This document shows, in pieces, positions 1 to 11,548 of a stretch of 64,000 bases of DNA. Source of the DNA: Takakia lepidozioides. Lineage: Eukaryota; Plantae; Bryophyta. Both the position numbers and the translations under genes were made by a program. Position 1 is the stretch's first letter; each line of letters begins with the position of its first letter. Below the pieces are notes generated by a model that had not been told where the DNA came from, did no database searches, and was given only the letters and a program-made list of their open reading frames with translations. The stretch spans positions 60,512,001 to 60,576,000 of the forward strand of contig CM060734.1 in assembly GCA_030704615.1 (NCBI GenBank), read 5' to 3'.

Positions 1-249
1 CTCTAGGGAGAAATGAAGGCATGTTGTCTCAAGGCCGTACACCAACTCGGCTTGAGTACACCACAGTCAATCCTCGTCCAGCAATGGTTGTTTGCAGACG
101 TTTGTAAAAATAAGGACCTGAAGATTCATGGAACATCAATACAGCTCCATAGGTATATCGACGTACAAAACCTCTATTTCTCTTGTTGCAACATGCATCT
201 CACAGCTCACTTGAACCCTAATAGGCAAACCATACATTTACTATTGTAC

Positions 250-369
250 CTCATGTGGCACGAACACGAGGGTGTCCTCAGGTTTGAGTAGTGTATTAAG
301 CTCATCTTTGACAGGTCCAATCAGTTCTCGGTATAACTTCTCGAGCACTGTCCTCATAGCCTTCTCATC
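250..369 (-). pseudogene. Isolated exon resembling part of a CHAT (caspase HetF-associated with TPR) domain
   Basis: AG/GT-bounded 120-nt exon translating to DEKAMRTVLEKLYRELIGPVKDELNTLLKPEDTLVFVPHE, matching the CHAT pattern LY..LI.P.....L..VP[HD]. No convincing neighbouring exons in the window. Confidence 0.45.
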
Positions 370-619
370 CTGCGAGTTGGAAACAATTAGGGTAGGATAT
401 ATAGCATTGTTTGACTTTGACCATCAGGCCAAGAATATCTTTGACAATACTGAACAGTTCAGAAACAATGAGGAAGAACTAGCCATCTCTGACATCAAGC
501 TCTTGATTAACTTTAAATAAAAGTTACATCATCAATAATCTGGTGTCTTTTTCGCCTCTCCTGGGCTTCGACAGCCAGTCTTTGAATCTTTGCAACCAGA
601 CCAGGGATCCAAGGATTGT

Positions 620-2340
620 AGTACTTCATCCTGGTTCCATAGGGATTTATTGCAAAAAGAAGCTTGTGCACTGCTGCCGCTTCCAATGTTTCAGCCCTGC
701 ACAGCCAATAAGGTCCACCATGCAGCCGAAGTGCTCCACTATAAAATTGAGGCCATGATCTCGACTCAGAGAATCGAAGTAGTGTCTGCCTTCATCCACT
801 AGGCCCCCATGGCTACATGCTTGTAGAACACTTAAAAAGATGATACCATTTAGCTTGAAGCCTTCCTTTTGCATACCTTCAAATAGTTGTGCAGGGCTTC
901 CCTACGACAACCATGTTGGGCATATCCTGCAATCATTGTACTCCATGAAACCACATTTCGTTTAGCCATTTTGTCAAACACTCCCTTTGCATCCTTGACA
1001 CTCCCGCATTTAGCATACATGTCCATAAGGACAGTGTCCAGAATGACACCTGGTACAATTCCAACATTCATGATGTCAGCATGGACTTCTTTGCCCTTTC
1101 CGAGAGCTGCCAGGCAGGCACAAACATTGCAAGAAAAAACAAGTGTGACATGGTCAGGCTTCGCCCCTTCCCAAATCATTTGCTCATAGGTCCCCAAAGT
1201 CTCCTCCAGCACCCATGCTGGGCATATCATGTGATCATCGCATTCCAGGACACCAAATTTTGTTCAGCCATAGTGTCATTTGAACACTCCTTTTGCATCT
1301 TCGATGCTCCCACATTTCACATACATGGCCACAAGGGTACTGTTCAGAATGGTATCTGATACAATTCCAGTTCTCAAGATGTCAGCATGGACCTCTTTGC
1401 CTTTTTCCAGGGCTACCAAGCTCGCACACACATTGCAAATGCAACCAAACGTGACTTGGTTGGGCTTCACCCCTTCCCGCATCATCTGCTTATAGGTCTC
1501 CAAAGCCTCCATCCCAAACCCAGGTTGGACATATCCTGCGATCATCACACTAAATGACACCACATTTTGTTCAGCCATTTTGTCAAAAACTCCCTTTGCA
1601 TCTTTGATGCTCCCACATTTGGCATACATGTCTACCAGGGCAGTATCCAGAATGACACCTGGTAGAATTCCAGCTTTCATGATGTCAGCATGGACCTATT
1701 TGCCTTTTTCAGGTTGCCAGGCTCGCACACGCATCGCGAATGCAATGAACGTGACCTGGTTGGGCTTCACTCCTTCCCGCATCATTTGCTCATAGGTCTC
1801 CAAAGCCTCCATCCCACACTCATGCTGCGCATATCCTGCAATCCTAGCACTCCATGACACACATTTTGTTCACTGTTGAACACTCCCTTTGCATCTTGGA
1901 TGCTCCCACATTTAGCATACATGTTCATCAGTGGCAGTGTTCAGAACGACATCTGGTACATTCCAGCTTTGATGATGTCACCATGGACCTCTTTGCCCTT
2001 TTCGGGGGCTGCAAAGCTTGCACATGCATTGCAAATGCAAACGAACGTGATATGGTTGGGCTCTCACCCCTTCCTGCATCATTTGCTCATAAGTCTCCAA
2101 CGCATTCCTACCACACCCATGCTCGGTAAATCCTGCAATCATTAAATTCCACGTGATCAAACCTCGTTCAAGCATTTCCTTGAACACTTGGTGTGCATCC
2201 ATGATGCTCCCACACTAAACATACATGTTGACCACGGTGTTGTGTATAAAAAACATTGGGTTTGAATCCACTTTGGATAATGTGAGCGTGCACCTACTTT
2301 CCAGCTTCCAGGCCTTTCATCTTGGTGCACTTATACAAGC
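620..2340 (-). pseudogene. Degenerate PLS-class PPR gene, paralogue of the 2976-8218 gene, truncated before E/DYW
   Basis: Repeated P/L/S motifs ([41 protein letters not shown]) and P2-L2-S2 ([19 protein letters not shown]). Several stops and frameshifts. 2170-2340 aligns with 5350-5560. Confidence 0.85.
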
Positions 2341-2589
2341 AAACCAAGTTCACTCAAACTCCTTCACATCCTACATGAAGAAAACGCACCTTGTCGACGT
2401 CCCACAATTGTGAAGGATCTTGTAAACATGCGAAGGGCCGCATTCGAATCGTCAGCTCCGCCATGTGCGTGCGGACAGCTGCGAAAAGCACGCAAATATC
2501 ACCCTATGGCCATATATGAGTATGTGTGACATCATGGTATGTGAGGCCGGCCGTCATCACGGATGATTGCAACACATGAATAAACCGAT

Positions 2590-2755
2590 ACGGCTGGGGG
2601 CTGGGCGGGCCCGGGGGGGAGGGGCGCTGGGGGGTGGAGGGCGGGACGGGGTGGCGCGGGCGGGGGTGATGGGGGGAGGGGGTCCCGGGCCGCGGCGACC
2701 GCGAGCCGCGCAGGAGCCGGCGAAGTGGGTGCGTCTGGGGGCGTGGGGGGTGCCA
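2590..2755. other. Very G-rich tract with many GGG+ runs (G-quadruplex potential)
   Basis: More than 15 runs of at least 3 G on the + strand, in the spacer between two divergently oriented PPR genes. Confidence 0.6.
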
Positions 2756-2975
2756 CGCAGGCAGGACCTGCTCTCAGCGTATCAGGTATGCCAAATTTCT
2801 AATTTCGCTTATCATTTGGGCCCTGAGTTGTGGGGCATTGAGTGCTTTCTGTCAGTAAAATGTCTGCTCTGATTCAGTAAAACTATGACTCTCCCTCCCT
2901 GGTCGTTTTCAGAGACCACTCTACAATCTCCAGACTGCAAACATAAGCTGGGTTAGCATCTGTGTAGGTCTGGAC

Positions 2976-5900
2976 ATGTTCGTTGTTCCTCATCGTGTGG
3001 AGCCCAATGGAGCCCAAAAACTTTCATGAATGTTGTTGAAAGCTCACGAGCACCCCTCAGTAAAGGACCTGTCAAAATGTTGATGCCGTTGGATTTTCGA
3101 GCACAAACCTCCACCTTGGAGCACGGAGCAGAGCTGGCGTAAGTTTTTTAAAGATCCTTCACGATGGTGGGACAACCGCAATCGCAAGGTGTGGCTTTTT
3201 CTTAATGTACGATGTGAAGAAGTTTGTCCATCCTGCAAATGTGGGCTCTTGCTGTTAGTACCATGATTTCGTATTCTTCTTGATGTTCACAAGGTTCTTG
3301 GGGAGTCAGCTTGGTCTTAGCAGGCCGTGTTTCAATCTCTGCCTGCTCAGCTGTACCGTGGTGGTTCTCACAGACCGATCCGACATTACCTGACTACAGA
3401 CACAAGCAGCGCACACAAGAGGTCCTTTTGGGTTGATGGTCGGTTGAATCCTCCGTGGGTCATGACACAAGGTCAAGGACAATGTGGTGAAGGCTCATTC
3501 TTCTTCAACCTATTTCAGCCTGTTTTTCCCTCTCATATTGAATTCTGTAAGTTAGCTCGTGGGGTGGATCTGTGGTGGTTTGGAGTGACTTTGACAAGTT
3601 ATTGCCGATGTGGCAGCAGGAAAGTATCCAAAAACAGATAACAGAGATGAGGAGAAGCTTTGGAATGGACACTTTTCGGACCCCAGACAATGGTGGGACA
3701 ATGGAGACAAAAAGGTGAATGCCTGTTGGACTACAGAGAGAAGCAGATGCAATTCAGAATTGGAACTACTGTAATAAGTAGGGTTGGGGTGTTCGCTGGA
3801 AGAACTTCAGGCCATCAGTGTCAGCTGCTAGCAGCAAGGCTGAGGATGTATTCATGATTTGTACACAGGTAGGGATAGCTGAAGGACCAGGGATAGAGGT
3901 CCAGATTCATCCAAGAGGGCCGGATTTCAAACACAAGATTACTTCTGATTCCCTGTGGATCCATAGCTACAAGAAATCTGCGTGGGTAGATGGTCAACTG
4001 GAAACAGCAGCGGCAGCAGAACAATTAATAGAACAAGGCACTGCTAATGAAGGCACCTTCTTCAACACATTTCAGCCTGTTTTTCCCTGTTGTCAGAGTC
4101 GTCCCTAATTTTTGAAGTTGAATTCTGCAAGTTAGCTCGTTGGTGGATCTATGGTGGTTTTGGAGTGATTTTGACATGTTACTGCCAATGTGGCAACAGG
4201 AAAGTATTGAAAAACAGATAACAGAGACGAGGAGAAGCTCTGGAATGAATACGTTTCCGACCCCAGTCAATGGTGAAACATCGAGGCAAAAAGGTGAATG
4301 CCTGTTGGAAGCAGACGCAAGTCAGCAGAGGAACTAGTGTGATAAGCTGAGTTGGGTGTTTCCTAGAACAAATCTAGGCTGTCATTGTCAGCTGCTAGCA
4401 GCAAGGCAGATGCATGCATGATTTGTGCAGAGGCATGGATAGCTGAAGGAGCAGGGATAGTGTGGGTCCAGATTCATCCAAGAGGGCCAAATTTCAAGCA
4501 CAAGATTACCTATGATTACCTGTGGATCAATAGCTACAAGAAACCTGCATGGGTAGATGGTCAACTGGAAGCCGCCGCAGCAGCGGCACAATCGATACAA
4601 TCAGGCACTGCTAATCAAGGTACCTTCTTCAACACATTTCACCCTGTTTTTCCCTCTTATCAGAATCGCCCCTAAATTTTCATGTTGAATTCTGCAAGTT
4701 AGCTGGTTGAGTGAATCTAGTTTGGAGTGACTTTGACATGATACTGCCAATGTGACACAGGAAAGTATCCAAAAACAGGTAACAGAGACGAGGAGAAGCT
4801 GTGGAATGAATACTTTTCTGACCCCAGTCAATGGTGGGACAACCGAGGCAAAAAGGTGAATGCCTGTTAGATTACAGAGAGTAGCAGACGCAATTCAGCA
4901 TAGGAACTAGTGTGATAAGCTGAGTTGGGTGTTCCTAGAACAAATCTAGGCTGTCATTGTCAGCTGCTAGCAGCAAGGCAAGGATGAATGCATGATTTGT
5001 GCAGAGGCATGGACAGCTGAAGGAGCAGGGATAGTGTGGGTCCAGATTCATCCAAGAGGGCCAGATTTCAAGCACAAGATTACCTATGATTCCCTGTGGA
5101 TCAATAGCTACAAGAAACCTGCATGGGTAGATGGTCAACTAAAGGCAGCAGCTGCAGTGGCACAGTTGATAAAATCAGGCACCTCAACCATGACCACAGC
5201 TTCTGCAAGACGATCAAGAGAGGGAGTCCACAATGCCTCTTCTGGCACTTCTGGGCATGTGAAGATGCTTTGTGAGGTAGGCAGACTGACAGAGGCTCTA
5301 CAGACTTTAAACCGAGGAAGCATTTCAGCAGACTCAGATACGTATGTCCGTCTCTTGCTTAAGTGCATGAAGATGAAAGGTCTGGAAGCTGGAAAGCAGG
5401 TGCACACTCACATTATCCAAAGTGGATTCACGCCAAATGTTTATCTACTCAACACCCTTGTCAACATGTATGTTAAGTGCGGGAGCATCATGGATGCTCA
5501 CCAAGTGTTCAACAGAATGCCTCAACGATCTTTGATCACGTGGAATATAATGTTGGCAGGATTTAGCAAGCATGGGTGTGGTAGGAATGCTTTGGAGACC
5601 TACGAGCAAATGCTGCGCGAAGGGGTGAAGCCCAACCACATCACATTTGTTTGTGTTTGCAATGCATGTGCAAGCCTGGGAGCTCTGGAAAAGGGGAAAG
5701 AGGTCCATGCTGACATCATCAAAGCTGGAATTGTACCAGATGTCATTCTGAACACTACCCTGGTGGACATGTATGCCAAATGTGGGTGCATTGAGGATGC
5801 GAAGGGAGTTTTCAACTCTATGGCTGAACGAGATGTGGTGTCGTGGAACGCGATGCTTGCAGGGTATGCACAGCAGGGACGTGGTATGGAGGCTTTGGAG

Positions 5901-8218
5901 ACCTATGATCAAATGATGGGGGAAGGGGTGAAGCCCAACCACATCACGTTTGTGAGCATTTGTAATGCTTGTGCAAGCCTGGCAGCCCTGGCGCAAAGAG
6001 GTGCATGGTGACATCATCAAAGCTGGAATTGTACCAAATGTCATTCTGAACAAGCTCTGGAAAAGGGCAAAGAGGTCCATGGCGACATCATCAGAGCTGG
6101 AATTGTACCAACTGTCATTCTGAACAATACCCTGGTGGACATGTATGCAAAATGTGGGTGCATCGAGGATGCAAGGGAGTGTTTGACACTATGGCTGAAC
6201 GAGATGTGGTGTCGTGGAATGCGATGCTTGCAGGGTATGCACAGCAGGGCGTGGTATGGAGGCTTTGGAGACCTATGAGCAATGATGGGGAAGGGGTGAA
6301 GCCCGACCACATCACGTTTGTGTGCATTTGCAATGCGTGTGCAAGCCTGGCAGCTCTGGAAAAGGGCAAAGAGGTCCATGGCGACATTGTCAGAGCTGGA
6401 ATTGCACCAAATGTCATTCTGAACAATACCCTCGTGGACATGTATGCCAAATGTGGGTGCATCGAGGATGCAAAGGGAGTGTTTGACAGTATGGCTGAAC
6501 GAGATGTGGTGTCGTGGAGCGATGATTGCAGGATATGCACAGCAAGGGCGCGGGATGGAGGCTTTGGAGGCCTATGAGCAAATGATGCGGGAAGGGGTGA
6601 AGCCCGACCCCATCACGTTTGTTTCCGTTTGCCATGCGTGTGCAAGCCTGGCAGCCCTGGAAAAGGGCAAAGAGGTCCATGGCGACATCGTCAAATCTGG
6701 AATTGTACCAATGTCATTCTGAACAATACCCGTGGACATGTATGGAAAATGTGGGGTGCGAAGGGAGTGTTCGACAGTATGGCTGAACGAAATGTGAGGC
6801 GATGATGCAGGATATGCACAGCAAGGCGCGGGATGGAGGCTTTGGAGACCTATGAGCAAATGATGCTGTCACGTTTGTTTGCATTTGCAATGCGTGTGCA
6901 AGCCTGCAGCCCTGGAAAAGGTGGGGGGGGGGGATGACCCATCGAGGATGCGAAGGGAGTGTTCGACAGTATGGCTGAACGAGATGTGGTGTCGTGGAGT
7001 GCGATGATTGCAGGATATGCACAGCAAGGGCGCGGGATGGAGGCTTTGGAGACCTATGAGCAAATGATGTGCGAAGGGGTGAAGCCCAACCACATAACGT
7101 TTGTTTGCGTCTGCAATGCGTGTGCAAGCCTGGCAGCCCTGGAAAAGGGCAAAGAGGTCCATGGTGTCATCGTCAAATCTGGAATTGTACCCGATGTCAT
7201 TCTGAATACTGCCCTGGTGGACATGTATGCCAAATGTGGGAGCATTGAGGATGCGAAGGGAGTGTTCAACAATATGGCTGAACGAAACGTGGTGTCATGG
7301 AACGCGATGATCGCAGGATATGCCCAGCATGGTTGTCATAGGGAGGTCCTGCAACTATTTGAAGGAATGCAAAAGAATGGTTTGAAGCCGGACAGTGTCA
7401 CCTTTATATGTGTTCTCTCTTCATGCAGCCACACTGGCCTACTGAATGAAGGAAGACGCTACTTTGATTCCCTGAGTCAAGATCATGGTGTCACTCCGAC
7501 AGTAAAGCACTTTGGCTGTATGGTGGACCTTCTTGGACGTGTGGGACAACTGGATGAGGCAGTGGATCTGATTAATAAGATGCCAATGAATCCAGATGTT
7601 GTGGTGTGGAAGGCCTTGCTTGGTGCCTGCAGAATCCATGGCAATGTGGAGATGGCTGAACGTGCGGCAACATCTATCCTCAAGTGGGATGAACAGGATG
7701 CCGCGACTTATGTGTTGCTATCAAACATCTATGCTGCAGCTGGCAGGTGGGATGATACTGCAAAGGTGAGAAGAATGATGAAGGTCAGAGGGGTTAGAAA
7801 GGAGCCAGGTCGCCGCTGCTACATTGAGGTTGGCAAGAGGGTGCACACCTTCGTTGTAGATGACCAGTTGCATCCCAGAATTAAGGAAATCCATGCTGAG
7901 CTGAGAAGATTGTCTGGGCCGATGAAGGAGGCGGGGTATGTGCCTGACACGCGCTTTGTATTGCATGATGTGGGGACGAGGGGAAAAGGAATTTTCTCTT
8001 TGCCACCACAGTGAGAAGCTGGCCATTGGTTTTGGGCTGATCAGCACGACCCCCTAGGACGCCTCTCCGTCTCATCAAGAATCTTCGGGTGTGTGGTGAC
8101 TGCCATACCTCCACCAAGTTCATCTCAAAGATTGTTGGCCGTGCAATTGTTGTACGGGACGCTAACCGCTTTCACCACTTTGAAGAGGGGGTTTGTTCTT
8201 GTGAGGATTACTGGGTGA
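2976..8218 (+). CDS. PDF(x4)-PLS-E-DYW fusion gene: OSB-type PDF motifs plus a PPR RNA-editing factor with a DYW:PG deaminase; disrupted in this assembly
   Basis: Exons ~2976-3188, 3374-3492, 3638-3714, 3905-4052, 4218-4293, 4472-4619, 4779-4855, 5046-8218. Spliced pairs give e.g. [22 protein letters not shown]|[35 protein letters not shown] tract ~5260-7590, E motifs, PG box ~7805, CHHSEKLA 8001-8024, CGDCH from 8092, DYW 8206-8214. In-frame TGA at 3027, 3081 and ~4274, plus multiple indels. Confidence 0.88.
3374..5180 (+). repeat. Tandem ~550-bp exon-intron modules, each contributing one PDF motif
   Basis: Near-identical introns and exons recur at ~3638, 4218, 4779 (first half of the motif) and 3905, 4472, 5046 (second half). 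Confidence 0.9.
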
Positions 8219-9199
8219 TGAAACGATGTTTTTCTGGAAATATGCAAGTGTCTTGCTTCATTCATTGATCTGTGTAGCTACTCAGTTCCTGCACCATTTC
8301 CTGAGAATATTGACCATGGACTGTTGAGGGCATTTCCGGTGGCATATCCACAGGAAAGGAAATCAGAATGCTGTCCTAATTCTGGGGATGGTGCATCTCT
8401 CAAATCTTTGAAACATTGGAGGGGGAAGTGAATATGAATGATCTTGATTAGTGGGGCAGCCCTGTGCACAAGCTTGTTCAACAACTTTAATTTGGAGAAG
8501 TCTCTCGTGGTGGTGCATCAGGTAGAGCCCTTGACAAACTTGCATGAATGTTGTCGAAGGCTAGGCTTAACCCACCAAGATCCAATCCCAAGTTACTGGG
8601 CACAGTGCCCTTGTCATTCTGTGCTAGCATGTAGGCCTTGGCAATTACTCTCCATCAACCAAACAAACCCACTGAGGTCGTCACAAACACTCTACACAAA
8701 TACTGCAGATGTGAAGATTCTGGTGTGAAAATAAGCGAGCCATTCTCATTTTCATTTTGAGGGAAACTCTGACATAAGAGACAGGAGAGAAGGAGAATAT
8801 TTGTTATGGCCATAGCAAGCCTGAAGAGGCCTTTGAGACCACAGAAAGTTTCTATGATAATTTATATCGGTGAAGAGAAAGTAATAAACATCTTAAGATT
8901 CGATTAATAATGATTCCCTTGGACTCTCCTTTTGCGGAGAAAGTTCAAGTTTTCTCATAGAGAAGAGGAAAAAAATAAAAAGAAAAAGATCAGAAAAGTT
9001 TCAAAGCCACCGACTCGCCCTCTTCGGAGAGAGTTCCCAGATTTAAAAAAATGCTTCAAAATCGCCATTCTTCCCCACTGGATTGGGTTTGAATCCCCTA
9101 GATAAAAAGTTGATAGTTCTAATCTAAAATAACCTTGGAACCATACCAAGTCCCCCGGCTCTCTATTACTACATCTCTCTATTGGGCCCAGGCGTTGCC

Positions 9200-10245
9200 T
9201 CAGTCGGTTTCCTGCCCGAGTGTCCAGCCTAATTGGACGGTGTGTTCAAAGGAGCACGTCAAGCCTAATGGGACTGTGAGTTCAAAGGAGGAGTCCATCA
9301 TGTCGCTGCTACACTCATTCGCACCGCTGCCGAACTGGTCCAGTATGCTCGTTGGAGAAGGCAGCGTCTTGGGCAGGCTCACAAATTATGCTGGCAAAGG
9401 AGGATCGATCAGTGAGGAAAGGATGCCGCAGCAGTGCAGAGCTGGTCCACCTCTTACTGGGATCCCTCTGGAAACACTTATCCAGGAAATCATGAGCTTC
9501 AGGGCTAAGGGAAGCAGGCACTGCAGGAAGTTGACGTGTGGCTCCAATACGGTAGAGAGCTGCCATAGGATTGGAGATATCATTCCAGGGAGGTCGTCCC
9601 GTCGCCATCTCCAATACTGTGCAGCCGAGGGACCAGATATCCGAGGGAGTTCCTTGTTCTACCTGTCTGACCACTTCTGGAGCCATCCATAGCGGTGTTC
9701 CATCCACTCTTTTCAAGAACGCACTACCTTCAACCTCTCCTTGTCCCACTCTCTTGGCAGATCCAAAGTCTGTGAGCTTGACAATCCCGTTCCCAACCAG
9801 CACATTCTTCCCCTTGATATCACAGTGGACTATACCTCGGGTGTGCAGGTAGTCGACTCCTTCCAAAATATTGCGCGTGTAGATGCGAAACAAATGCTCA
9901 TCGAGCCCCCCAGTCCCTGCAAACTGCTTCAGTAAGTCCGACAGGCTTCCTCCAGGCATGTACTCCAAGAACATATTCCGCATCCTCTTTCCATTCTCCT
10001 CGCTCCAATCGCTCCCTAGGCAACGAACGATGAACCGAGAATCCAAACTTTGTAACACCTGGATCTCGTTCTCTAGCGCTTTCAAACAATTGTTGGCACC
10101 CGCATCCCTGTCACTCCACTCAATGGACTTGACTGCAAAAATCCCCCCAGTCTCTGTTCAGTGCAAGGCTCACCCTCCCAAACGCCCCAACGCCTATCAA
10201 ACCACCTCTAATCCAAGACCCCACTGGATTCTTGTGGATCTCCAT
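9200..10245 (-). CDS. Intronless MAP kinase kinase kinase (MAPKKK15-21/NPK1-like)
   Basis: ATG at 10245, WIRGGLIGVGAFGRV, AVKS, HCDIKGKN, DFGSAK, GTPLWMAPE, SDIWSLGCT, C-terminal SPTSILD. Frameshifts near 10150 (GA/G run) and ~9380. 3' end uncertain. Confidence 0.88.
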
Positions 10246-11548
10246 GAGATTCGCTCAATTTTCTGACAGAGTGGACAAGCTGATTAGAATGTAGATAGAG
10301 AGGACCCCTAGAACATGTTGGTGAGCCAAGTGACTAAATTTTGACTAAATTTGGACTTCGGACCTATTTTGGGCAAAAGTTGTTTTGTTGCAGCTAGGCG
10401 CATATATGGAAGGAGGTCCCCCAGTATTTGAGGTGATCCCATAGGCCTTGTAATAGGAGGCCAACCGTAGGTGAGCACTCCCTGGACGACTGCAAAGGCA
10501 CACGTCGTTGCAAAGGTACAACACCCCATGAGGCTGGCTTGTTCAATGGCGATAAAACATACAAAGTGTCTGACAAGTCCTCATACATTTGATGCCAAAA
10601 CAAAACTCCTTATAAAATTTCCCCTCACAATGGAGTATTTTACTTCTAGAATTGTTCACTTGGGAGGGTTGGGAAACTCAAGAAGTGGGCACAGGAAGCT
10701 TGCAGGTATGAAATCCAGCGGCCCCACAGAAAGAGGCCTATCGTGTTGAGGAAAGAATCAATTGAGCGACCTGAGTGCAATTTTCGTCTGTAGAGTATAT
10801 GCGATCAATCCCAGCTAAAAACGGCTCACAGGAATCAATAGAGAAGATTGGTGATGAAGGAAGCAAGGGCCGGATGAACTACTAGGCTGCCAGATTTGCG
10901 AGACAATCTAGTCTTCCTCTCGCTCTCGCTTCGACTCCCTCTCGCTCCTTTCTCGTCCCATGGACCTCTAGGCCCACATGGACGCCACAAATTTGTCGGT
11001 CTCCTCTCCCCATCCCTCAAGGTACATTTCTCTGAAACTCTGATCTGTTTTCCTTTTGGTCTCGTTGTCTCCCTCACTTGAACCCTTGGTTAGTGTACTG
11101 TAAGTATACTGTGCCCCCAAACCTTATAAAAGTCGTAGAGCCTTGAGATTTACCTTGGAACCGGCTGTGCTTGTCTAGTTTCTTAAGGACGGGCAGTTTT
11201 TTGGTGTCTGAACTTGAACGATGTGTCAAGAGGGGTAGCACCTACACCAGTATCCTCTGACCACAAGCTGCTGCCAGTTGCACATCACCCCTGGAGACAA
11301 TGTTGACAAATCTTTGTAACTCATATCTAACCACCTGTCCATACCTCGGTCCATACATGCAGGCCTGGAAGAACTGTGTGAAATAGACTTCAGTAGGGCT
11401 TACTTAGTGCACCGTTTTTGCGGAGTCTCACATCTAGAGCAGCGAGAAAAAATCTCCAAAGGAGCACATGCAGACGCTTACTTATTCAGGTCCTCAAATA
11501 AATTGATCGTGACTAGAGGAAGCAGAAACTGCCTCAGTGGTCATGAAT

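Noticed and set aside
3027-3083. TGA codons repaired by U-to-C RNA editing
   Set aside because: Reverse editing is known for organellar, not nuclear, transcripts; CpG decay is the simpler explanation.
887-7683. Many short antisense ORFs over the PPR genes
   Set aside because: Shadow frames of repetitive PPR coding sequence.
9135-10266. + strand ORFs of 185 and 127 aa
   Set aside because: Antisense to the kinase; no recognisable motifs.
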